Both the position numbers and the translations under genes were made by a program. A stretch of DNA of 63,667 nucleotides from Geosiphon pyriformis uo1 (taxonomy: Eukaryota > Fungi > Glomeromycota): positions 647,824 through 711,490 of the forward strand of contig JAAOMT010000479.1 in assembly GCA_016748015.1 (NCBI GenBank), read 5' to 3'. Positions 1 through 10,849 of the stretch are shown piece after piece; position 1 is the stretch's first letter; each line of letters begins with the position of its first letter. Below the pieces are notes generated by a model. That model searched no databases. It saw only the letters and a program-made list of their open reading frames with translations, and was not told the DNA's origin.

Positions 1-1075
1 CCAAACGAAACCTTCTCTCCAAACTCGACGCACCATGATGGAGCCACGGCGTCTTCTTCCTTGTCTTATGTACGCAATAAGGTTATAATGTTAACTAATC
101 TTGATCCTAACGGTTCAAGACAGGATATCCAGGTTCCCAAGATTTTATTTGTGTCAAATTTAGTGCCCTTCTTTTAAACAAAAGTTTTTCCCAAGTAGTA
201 AAGTTTTCTGTATTGATCCTTAAAATAGACAAGCTTTGAAAAACTTGATCTTGGCGTTCCCTGGGTTGATCATACTAAAGACTCTACCTGTGGTTATGTA
301 CGTTTGAAAAATCCTCTCGCACGTGAAATTTCCAATAGTTTGATGTCACAAGGTGGTCTACGAATAGGCTCTGAAATGGTTAAGTTGCGTGCTCTCGAAG
401 GTTAGCTTCTTTTTTCTCAATTTAAAACTATGAAAATTCTTAATTGAGACTCATCTATGTTTGTGATATTTAGGTGCTGAAGAGGATACCTATTGGGCAC
501 TTTTTGCAGATAGATCCTCTCATGAATCTGGAAAAAAAATACCTTATATCCACAAGTCGTTTCGGGCAAAAGTCCGATTATCCACTAGTCAATATCGTAA
601 TAGATACACTTCCATAGAAGGGGTCGAAGATAGCAAGTTATGCAATCTAAAGGTAAAAGCCCAAAAAACAGTTAGATATTTACCTTATACTAGAATGGAC
701 ATTGATAAGGGAAATGAGGCCAGGAGCAATGAAATATCAAAGAAAAAGAGGCGCAAAAAAAAAAAGAAGGTGAAGGGAATAGGTAAAAAGCGAGGAGACA
801 GAGAACAGCCACATCAACAAAAACAGGGTACATTAGATGCTATGGGGGGCTCGTCATCTTTACCTCCCGATACCATGATTTCTTCACTGGCAATAGAAAC
901 ATCAATTATGCCAGGAGATGGAGAATATCCTCTTAAAATCTCATCTGATCAGACGATCATAAATGAATTCGGTCAGGTGAACCTTAGTCGACAGCAAGGT
1001 ACAACCCAAGATATTGCTGCTGAACTGCCCGAGGACATATTAAAAAGATTCGAGAAATTATACCTTGATATTTGA
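1..1075 (+). CDS. 3' part of a La-related (La/LARP7-type) RNA-binding protein with xRRM/RRM_3-like domain; 5'-truncated by the window
   Basis: Manual splicing of exons 1-132, 229-400 and 474-1075 (GT..AG introns) gives KVIMLTNL..RQDIQTSFEKLDLGVPWVDHTKDSTCGYVRLKNP..VKLRALEGAEEDTYW. This matches the La RRM2/xRRM pattern (YVD, GYVR, LEGEEE.YW). A Lys/Arg-rich NLS-like tail follows. Confidence 0.6.
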
Positions 1076-1777
1076 ATTATATAACAGGGAATAACAGGTA
1101 AGAAAGTAAAAGGTAAGTATTTTTTATAACCCGAATCATCTATTTTAAATACATACCAATGATTATTGAAGAGGGATAGACTCGTTAATAACGGGAAAGC
1201 CTTATTTCATTGGTACATTAAATTTTAGATTTTTCGGGAAAAGATAAATGGCACAAATTCATTGATAGCTCAGCCAAACCATTTCTGATGTCCAAAATGG
1301 ATTTAAAGGCTATTAATGGTATTAGCCAATTAATTGCTTGGTCAATTGGAAGAAAGATTATATCCATTATTTATAATTCATATTCTTGTAGAAAATTCAA
1401 AGGAAAAATTGAAAACAAAAAAAATACTGTAAGTGCTCTGAATTTTATAGATTTACTGCTCATAGCATTCTCTGGTATTAAATACTTCCATTTAAATTTT
1501 AATCCATTTGTTATATAATAGATTTTCTCAAAGTTAATATTAATCCCTAAAATTATTACATCTAAACTGATCAAGGGAGAAATAATTCTCGCCCAAAACG
1601 CGCTCAAGATTCCCAACAGAACTTTGAAAATAGGAGAATTTAGTTTTATAAGAAAGATTTAATAAAAGTTCAATCAAATTTATCTCCCAAAATACATCTC
1701 GATAAAAATCCTAGAATTACTTGAGTTGCCGACAAAATGCTGTGGTACTCGATGCTCTTTTTAAGATTCTCAATAGC

Positions 1778-2795
1778 TCAGCCTTCTTCCTCTGCATCCT
1801 GAAACATTTCTTCATCAATACTATTACCCCCTTCTTTAGATGTTGGCCTCTCAATGATTGAATCAAGATAAGCCAATGAAGCCTTTAAATCATAGACTGA
1901 GAATGAGGCAATGGTTTTAAATCTTGGAAATAAAAATAGGGGAAAAGAAATTCCTCACCTTCCCTACCTCACTCAATTCTTGTTCACCACTTGAAGCGTT
2001 GGTAAACCATTGATCATCAGTATCATCATCTGGATGATGCTCTTCATTTTCGTATTCCTCATACTCCCCGTCTTGATCTCCTTGCTCCTCCATGAATTCT
2101 TTGTCAGGGTGCAAAGCAGCACATTCAGACAAAGCTTCAAAGATAGCGTCCACTAAGATTGAACGTAGAAAATTAAAACTAATAAAATTTCAATAATTGA
2201 GTGTAATTAGACAATAAATTGAAATTGATATGTACGAGCACCAATGTCATCGGGAACAAATTTGATCTCTGTTATTTGATCCTCATTCTCATCCGTATCA
2301 ACCTCCCTTTCTCCAGTTCTAAATGAGACGTCAGGTGCATCATTAGAACCCCTTAACAAAGCACTCTCCAGATTTTCACCTAATTGAATGTAAATACACG
2401 GACCGGTTCCATCTAATGCAGTATTTCGCGAGATAGCGTGTATTATTATAGTTGGATAGTCGATGGCAAGACCAGTTTGGGTCTTGTGGGAATAAAAATA
2501 TAACTTGCTAATTCAACATGTAAATTGTTAGAGAAAAAACATAGGAAAGATTACTTCAAAGCATTATTAATGTGCTGAATTTGAAAAGATACCTTTCAGA
2601 AACTAACAAGGTACCCTTTTCAAAATTAAGTTCACTGGCAGAAGAATTTATAATGCAATCAACATTGGGTTGCTCATGTCGAACAATATCCAGGATTTCA
2701 GATGTGTTGGAAGGCAAAAGTGACTCCTTATGCGGTTGAGCAGCTTCCTCACGTGTGATCACATTTGGAAGGGAGGAAATCAGTTTGATGGTCAT
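1778..2795 (-). CDS. CLNS1A: ICln/Lot5 family protein (methylosome subunit pICln, Voldacs domain)
   Basis: Four exons: ..GTLLVSE / KLYFY..GLAIDYPTIIIHAISR..PCIYIQL..EIKFVPDD / DAIFEALSECAALHPD + acidic tract / LAYLDSII..FQDAEEEG*. These are the diagnostic ICln motifs. Confidence 0.88.
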
Positions 2796-3176
2796 TGCTT
2801 ATCTTTAATTTTCCGCTAGGAAAAAATAAAAGATGGAAAGGTTTAAGTAGCAAAAGTCGTTTGAGAAATTTCAACTCTACGAACTAAGCTAATCAGGTTG
2901 CGTCACGCGTTGATGTTTTAGCTATTTTAGTAGTATAATAGAAAAATCATGTTGAATATTAAGCTGAGCAACTGACTAAACTTACAAATTAATAGTGAAG
3001 AAAAAATAATAGCCGAGTTAAATAATCAATTGTATTACAATCAGTAGTTAGTAAATAATCCTACCTTTAAGTACTCCTTTCCAAGCTTTATAAGAACAAT
3101 AAGCTCAGGGATCTATTAGTAATTATTTGTACATTTTGCTCTTAAATATTAAATAATTTAATATATTATTTTCAAT

Positions 3177-5302
3177 CTAATCCAGAATTTCTTTGGCCAC
3201 TGTTTCATCACGCATCTGTTTCAAAAATGGCATTAAGTTGGTTCCCCCAGTTCCTTTGATCAATCCATCTGTTATGAGACTTGTGGCTTTTGAAACTGTT
3301 GTCGTGATATTCGACTCAATTATATGATTTTTGAGATTTGACGTGATTGATGCGCGAGTGATAAGGGTAGAATCGTTAACGACGGGAATATTGGTAGTAT
3401 ATGCTGAAGGGGAATTGCTGTGGGTGGCGGTAGTGGAATGTATTTCTGTAAAAAGGAAAATCCGGAGATTAAAGGAATAATTATGGTCAAAAGACGAAAT
3501 TTTCAGAAAATACCTTTATTATTTGGTCCGGAAGCATTCTTGGAATTAAAATGTAAACCACCCCCTCTACGAGCTTGAATAACTATGTATACACTTACAA
3601 TCTGCAAATGCTTATTGCGAAAGTTTTTTACTTGATTTAAACATTCGTTATATGCAACGGATAAATCTATTGCACTTTGATCTTGGGGTGTTTGTTCCCC
3701 AATTTTTCCTGGGTGTGCAGCGGTAGCGATTTGAAAGAGCACGTAATTACGTAGATTGGATGTTTTAGTAAGATCTTCTAAAAACCTTCTATGAGGTCCT
3801 GGTATATTCTGCCGGATTTTATGAAGATATGGTTGTTGTGGCTTATTGGAACTAATATAACTGTTATTTTGATTTTGGTGATTGTCACTATAGGAACATC
3901 CATTGCTTAAACTACCATTAATCTCATAAAAATTCTGATCGTAAGACCCGGCAAGTGAATGTTCATTTGAGTGGTTAAAAGTGACATGAGCTTGACTTTC
4001 GGCAAAAGAAAAATTACAAGACTTGGGGGAAATTTCAATTGGATTTCTCTTATAGCCAGTTGGATAATGCTCCACATTCAGCGCAATATCAATTGCCTGA
4101 ATCAATGCACTTTGACCAGCACTACCACCAACATATTGACGATAAATTGGATTTCCAAATTCATCAGGTTCATCAACACCCTCATATATTAACCCAAGTG
4201 GCAATTTATCTTCATTTTCCCAACCAGATAGATATGGGCGAACTTTCCAATAAAAAACGTAAGGATCACATTTTTCAAACATTCGGTGTAACGTAGAATT
4301 AATCTCTGCTATAGCTGAGCTAAGTTCACGTAGAGCAGATATCAATTTTCTATTATTTTGATCCCTCACCGCTTCAAGAGCTGATACAATTGCAACGAGA
4401 GTGCGTCCTCCCAATGCCTCGATCGCAGTTGTGACAAGGTAAAACCAAGATTCATCCCCCGAATTTGAGAAGGTATTTAATGTTGCAAGATTACTGAATG
4501 GATATGGAATTGATCCTAAAGATAAATTATAAAGAATAGGGCTCAGATCCCGAAGTAGAATATTTTAAATAAATACCTTAAATCCATAGGACCATCGGGG
4601 AAAATTAATCGCCAATTCCACATCACAAGCGCTGCGTGATTACAAATCGGTGCAACATCAAGATATTCAGCAACCTTGACCCATGGTATAGATATACATG
4701 CCGGCAATGTCTTTTTCAAGATTTTTCCTGAATATTAATCATCTTTTATACCATGTCGAAATTGTGCATGTTAAAAAAATACTCACATCTGAAATTGCTT
4801 CGAATCTCCCCCACACATAACCATGAGCCAAAATTGAAAAAATCAAAAATGCACGGCGGTATTCTGCGACTGACTGAAGGCGATCAGTTGTCAATAATGG
4901 CAGCTACAAAAGAAATAAATAGGCGAAAAATATCTTTTAAAAAATAGAAGCGTTACACGCTCGCGTTTAATGTTCTAACGGGTTTGGTTAAAAATTCTCT
5001 CTCTTAGAATCAGGAGAACAGATTTTATTGAAAGGCTTAACTTCACTTAAAATTTAAACATCACACTTCTAGCCTACCTTATTAACGCATTCTCTCAAAC
5101 GACCAGCTAGCAACAGCTCATGAGAAATATCTATTAATGATTCCCAAGGAAAATAATATGGATCTGGCAAACGTTTTAAAGGAGGAGTTGAAGGAAGAAA
5201 GCCCGTCTCTGGACTAATATCATAATCTTCTAGACGCATCATTTTCACAGAAAAGTTAGAAGAAATTTCTCGCAATTGTTGGTTTTGATGATTTGGAGAC
5301 AT
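3177..5302 (-). CDS. BNA2: Indoleamine 2,3-dioxygenase
   Basis: YDISPETGFLP..LPDPYY at the N-terminus; ESWFYLVTTAIEALG; CDPYVFYWKVRPYLSGW; GGSAGQS; FRNKHLQIVSVYIV (heme-ligand His); C-terminal KGTGGTNLMPFLKQMRDET. Multi-exon with GT-AG introns. Confidence 0.95.
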
Positions 5303-5560
5303 TGAGGAAGATTAAATAAATAAAAGAAATAAAACCATACTATCAACTTAGGCCAAAGCAAGATTTATTAATGTCAGTTGTATGCCGTATCGCAAAAAAT
5401 TTTGATTTTAAGGTTATTCCGTGTAAATTCTATATGCAAGATTTTAGTGGGCTTACAAATTTGGAAACTGAATCTCGTGGATCTTTCACTAATCAAAGTG
5501 TTTGAAATAAACCCCATTTAGATAGCCCCCTCTTACAAATCGACTCTTTCGATTGTTGCA
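5303..5560. promoter_or_regulatory. Short divergent intergenic region, probable bidirectional promoter (IDO / ARP10)
   Basis: The two start codons are head-to-head, only 258 bp apart. Confidence 0.5.
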
Positions 5561-7518
5561 ATGTCAGAAAATACAGTTTTAACCTCGTCATTCAATCAAC
5601 CCTCGTTATCAGCTGATACAAGCGTAAACCTAACCAGCCAGTCCTTGGACCTTTCGCCAGCCCCATCTACTTTATTAACTACAACATTAGTTCAAGCGGT
5701 TGTTCCCTTGCCACGTCGTCATTCTATATATGGAACTGGTGAAGATAGGATTGTCTTAGATGTTGGAAGTTTATATATAAAGGCTGGTTTTAGTGGTGAA
5801 TCGCGACCCAGACATGTGGTCCCTATTTTTGCTGGAAACATGAAAGCACATTGGGAGCCTGATCTGACTGGAAGTGGAGGATTTCAAAGAGATTGTGGTG
5901 AAGGCTGCCGAATAATAGGAGGTGTAAGTTAACATTTCCTTAGCCTACGAAAAAAGGAGCCGCTTTAATTTAATCAATTATACATTTATTGTTAGTTTTC
6001 TGAATTGTTTGAATTGAACGTCGGGAGAACCTCCGAAGAGTTAGAATCTTTATATGACAAAATGGCACATTATCTCAGAGAAATTTATTTTAGGTAGGAA
6101 TGGGAAATTAATTAAATGACTACATTACTGTTAATTATTGTCATATTTTGATTAGAATATTTCAATAAGTTCAGATACCTCTTGACAGATCCCAAACAAC
6201 GCAAAGTTGTGCTTTGCGAATCACCAATGATGCCTTTGAAATTAAAGCAACTCATCGCTAAAGTATTGTTCGAAAATTTGCAGGTGATTTTTAGGTATTT
6301 AATCACAATTTCTAGATTCAATATTTATGTTTGACGATGTTAATTTTATATTAGGTTCCTTCAATTTCCTTTGCCCCATCACATATGTTGGCTTTATTGA
6401 CGACAGGATGTACGACTGGTTTAGTAGTTGATTGTGGCCATTTAGAAACATCAGTTATGCCGGTAAAGCTTTTCTACACAAATGGAAAATATTTATCTTT
6501 TTCAAAATAACTTGAATTTAAATAATAAACTTAAAATAGATCTGGTATGAAATTTCTCTTTAATTAGACTTTTAGTGCCCGTCCTTTAAACCCCTTTATT
6601 CGAACAACCCCATTAGCCGGCCGAGCTTTAACTCAACGTTTGGAGACGCTCATACGAAGATTTGGAACGATGATTGTCCATCCTACCAATGAACGGGCAA
6701 TTCCCTCAAAGTATCTCACTCCCACTGTGCTTGAAGATATAAAAACTCGGTTCCTCTTTGTAGGGCAGATGATGGTGTCCGCTGAATCTATTAGCAGCGC
6801 TGAAAAAACTTCTGAAGAAGATCAATTAAAAAAGTATGCGCCTGTGTCTTCCGCAACTGACATACATTATCCAATAACTTTGAGTAAAAATGGGAGAGAA
6901 AGACAAATGGGGACCCTTGTAGTTCCAGGATGGGTTAGAGAACGAGCAGCTGAAGTTCTATTTGAAGGAGACGAGGATGAATCAAGTGTGGTTGGGTGTT
7001 TATTGGAATGTCTACTAAAAGTATGTTCTTTAAGACAAATTTTATTCTTATTCAACTTTGTTTTTGTTAAACCATTTTTCTTAATGGCACTATCCTATTA
7101 GACCCCAATCCAATTACGCCAACCTCTAGCCTCCTCAATTCTTCTCATAGGAGGCATTACTTTACTGCCCAATTTTCAGCCAAGACTACATCAAGAGATT
7201 CTTCGCGCCTTGCACACAGATGGGCGATTTCGCACTTTGAGCGGACTTCGAGAACATATCGCATATCTGGAAGATAAAGGCAGTGGGAAAGTTTTTGTCG
7301 CAAATTCACGCGCTTGGGTTGGTGGTAAGGTTATAGAATGAAAACACATTTATGATAAACTTGAACGGTCAATTTTCTGATTTTTGTCCCTCGATTTCCT
7401 TTTGCCTAAAGGCTCGTTAATCGGATCCCTCAAGTCAACAGTGGTTGAGATAGCAAGAGAAAAATATTCGGGCAAAGTTCCAGATTGGACTACCGAGAAT
7501 ATCTCTGAAGCAATCTAA
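5561..7518 (+). CDS. ARP10: Actin-related protein 10 (dynactin Arp10/Arp11)
   Basis: RRHSIYGTGEDRIVLDVGSLYIKAGFSGESRPR; YLLTDPKQRKVVLCESP; GLVVDCGHLETSVMP; VPGWVRERAAEVLFEGDEDE; ILLIGG; AWVGGSLIGS..VPDW; stop at 7516-7518. Multi-exon. Confidence 0.88.
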
Positions 7519-8353
7519 GTCCATGTGGTTTTATGGCTATTTTCTTTAAATTATTGCATTGTATGGCTTATTAGTTCCTACTATATTCATATCTACGAAA
7601 TCGACAATTTTGAGAATATGCGATCTCAAAATGGGTTTGGAATTTTTGATGCTATTTTTAATCCTCATCTGTATAAATTCAAAATTAATATCTGAAAAGG
7701 CATAAAAACTTTCATTTCTACAAAGGTTCAATATATTTTTCCCTGAATTCATCCTTAGAAATCAAAAGAATTCCTTTTACAGGAATTGTACTATTATCCT
7801 TTAGAATGATTCAAAGCAATCTAATTGTCAATAGATTCTAATGTATGTTTTATATGGGGATTATTTTTATTTTTTAAACTCCAAAAAATTTGGGCGCTTT
7901 AATAAAAGTCATTTTGCCTTTGTCCTAGGCTGATAACAAGATAACTAGGAAAAACCTTGTTCAAATTTACCATAATAAAAACCACAATGAACATAAGTTT
8001 CCAGCCCTTTTATCTGCGGATAGGTAACCTTTGGATGAGAAAATTAAAGATTTCAATAAAAGCTTCATCTGACTTGGATTTCTTTAATGATTTCCAGCCT
8101 TTCTTGATTAACAAGCTTTGAAAATGCATTTGGACCAATGATAACTTGCTAAATTTGTATAAGATATACGTATTATTGACGGTCGGACCCTTTTATTGAT
8201 TTTTATTGTCCTAATTGTCGGGTTTTGATATTTTCCAAACAACTAGCCCCCTCCCCTCTTTCCGAGAGGCCTTCTTTTTTTCGCAGAACGTCCCCACCCC
8301 CAAAGAAACGAACCCCACTATAAAGATTCCAAAAGCATTAAAAGATTTATTCC

Positions 8354-10502
8354 ATGAAGTTGACTCGACTATTTGAGAGGTAATTTTATGTCTACGTGTG
8401 GGTTCATGATTGAAAGAAGCACTTTGCCATTGGGGCCAGCAACAAAAAGTGAGACCACTTTATTCAAGCCTCTAAGAGTTAGAAGTACAGGCTTCGATCT
8501 TTGAGATCTTTGGATATAATATTTATTTCGATGGTTCCAACTTTATAATCGTTCTTGGTTAGCATAATTCTTAATGCTCAGGAGGCACGTGACCAATTTG
8601 ACCACGGATTCGAATCAGAAGCTTTTCAGCGTCTGGAAGAGATCTCCAAAACTATTATCGTACTAAAAGATTTCAAAGCCAAATATGCGGCCCTGGTAAG
8701 GTCTTTCCACTAATTTTAGCTGATTTTGATAAACTATTTGAAAGAAAATAATTACTCATTTTTCGCTTTAATAAAACAGAATATCCGGGTATATATTTTC
8801 TCATAAATTTACTGATTTTTCATCTTGGGTATTAGTTACGTCGGCAATCGCTTTGAATGCATGATAAAATACATTTAATTATATCTTTTCTATTTATCAA
8901 AAAAGCAAATGCCCACTTCGATGGGTACCCCTGTTACTCAGTCACCCCCAACGATGCCGACCACTCCAGCTGTGACACCAACCAAAACAAATAAGGTATT
9001 TCGCCGATTTAAGTTTTGATGAAGTATACGATGAAGTGCCCAAATGATAACATTATTCATCAAACCAGAGAATTTCGACAAGTAAAATTGATAAACCCAG
9101 AAAAGTAATAAAGACCACGGCTGAAGAAGCCCCCACAATCACAAATGAAATGTATCCTGTTACTGTAAGCTTGCGCAATATCACATAAATCTCGCGTCGC
9201 TTCCACATTTTCACGTGACTTTTATTATTAAAGTACACTTCAGCTGATCTCACGCATCAGCCTCCGCCTGAGTTGACGACGGCAGATACCGTTGTACTTC
9301 CATCAGCGCCACGTACTCATACACATGCTCCGCTCGATCCTGATCTGATTGGGCGTCTTGATATCATATTTTTAAATTTCTTACAGAATATATGCTCGGA
9401 CTGTATGTTTCATTTACATTGGAAAGATTTTGCAACTTGTGAAACATAATCTAATACCTTCCTTTTGACTCTTCTTTCAAAATAGTAAATGCCACAGATT
9501 CAAAAGGAGAACAAATGTATCTCTACTTATCCTTTCAAATGCATTGTATTTCGAATTAACACTTTTAACTTGTTAACTTCGAAAACTTCCTCGTCCTTCT
9601 CAAGTCACCAAACTTTGATGGCCAAGAAAATGCAAAAACTGGATGAATCTCTTGATTTTCGTCCTTTCAAGTTTCGTATTCAAGCCTTTACTAATGCTTT
9701 TCACGAAGAACTGATTCAATCGGGATATACCGAAGAAATTTTGCCTTTGAGAAAAGTCAAAAATTATCTATGGACTCAGAGGTTCAAATACTCATCCTTC
9801 TATTTGCGTTCAATTTCCGTGGAGTCTGTAATTAACATCGTTTTTTCTAGATATATATCTCGATTCAATGAAGACGGTAAGAAGGCTAAAAGCAAAGGAA
9901 ATCACGTCTGGAATATTGAAGCTAAGAAGATCCCAACCGGAGGTTGGATATTCCGTGAGTTTACAAGAAAGATAGCCGGTGTTCCAGACAAAATAGCTTA
10001 TGTTGGGGTAAGATACACATATGCACCCCGAGTCTGGGATCCCCAAGTTAACGCAAAATGTGAGTTTTTTTAATGAGAATTTTTTCTTTATTATTGATTC
10101 ATGAATTAATATGTGTCAATAATTTTGTAAATTATACTATTATAGCAATTAATGCAGTGTTTCATTCACCAAAGCTGCCTAATTGGCTCAATTGGGAAAA
10201 TAATGTTCTCACTGGAACACCAGGTATCGATTCTCAAAGTTGCGAGATAACAGCCATTGCTAACTATTATCATGGCGACACAGTATACAAACTTGAGAAA
10301 ACGTTTCAAATTACGGTTGCTCATTATGATGCTTCCCAAGAGCATGATATGAGTCCGATCGTTAATCCTGTGGTATGTTCATGACAAAAATATTTTTCTC
10401 CAAATTCTGTACGCCAATTGGAAATTAATCCAAATGTTTTTCCTTACTATTAATCTAATTTAGGCAATGGCTGATTATCAGTTGCAGCCCCATCTTGTCT
10501 GA
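8354..10502 (+). CDS. Conserved uncharacterised fungal protein with C-terminal Ig/cadherin-like (He_PIG-type) domain
   Basis: Phase-consistent exon chain from ATG 8354 (MKLTRLFES|IILNAQEARDQF..). Core: FLNFLQNICSDLNATDSKGEQIHQTLMAKKMQKLDESLDFRPFKFRIQAFTNAF..YISRFNEDGKKAKSKGNHVWNIEAKK. Then FHSPKLPNWLNWENNVLTGTP. The last exon ends TGA at 10500-10502. Confidence 0.7.
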
Positions 10503-10849
10503 CCACATGGCAGAGCTGTAGAATACTTGATATCAGACAATTCAATCATTGAGACAGACCAAGTTGATCCTTCCCTTTCTTCGCTTATTTCCTTTCCTTT
10601 AAATGATAGAATCGATAGCACACATGAAGATAGTCCCAGTATCATGAAGCCGTTCTATAGCGACTAGTACCTTCGTTACATGTTTCTCTTATGTTATATG
10701 TTTAATATTAAATAAATGAAAATTCTTGTCATTATATTTCCACATTTGTACATTTTTACACAACTTTCATATTATTTTTTCCTTTTTTTGCGCATCTAGT
10801 ATGAATTAAAGTATTTGGGCTTATTGGGCGATATCTTACAAATTTCTAA

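Noticed and set aside
1200-1620. Short ORFs 1288-1518 (+) and 1371-1616 (-) between convergent genes
   Set aside because: No recognisable motif. A decayed minus-strand gene is possible but cannot be supported.
3971-4947. Plus-strand ORFs over the IDO gene
   Set aside because: Antisense shadows of a real gene.
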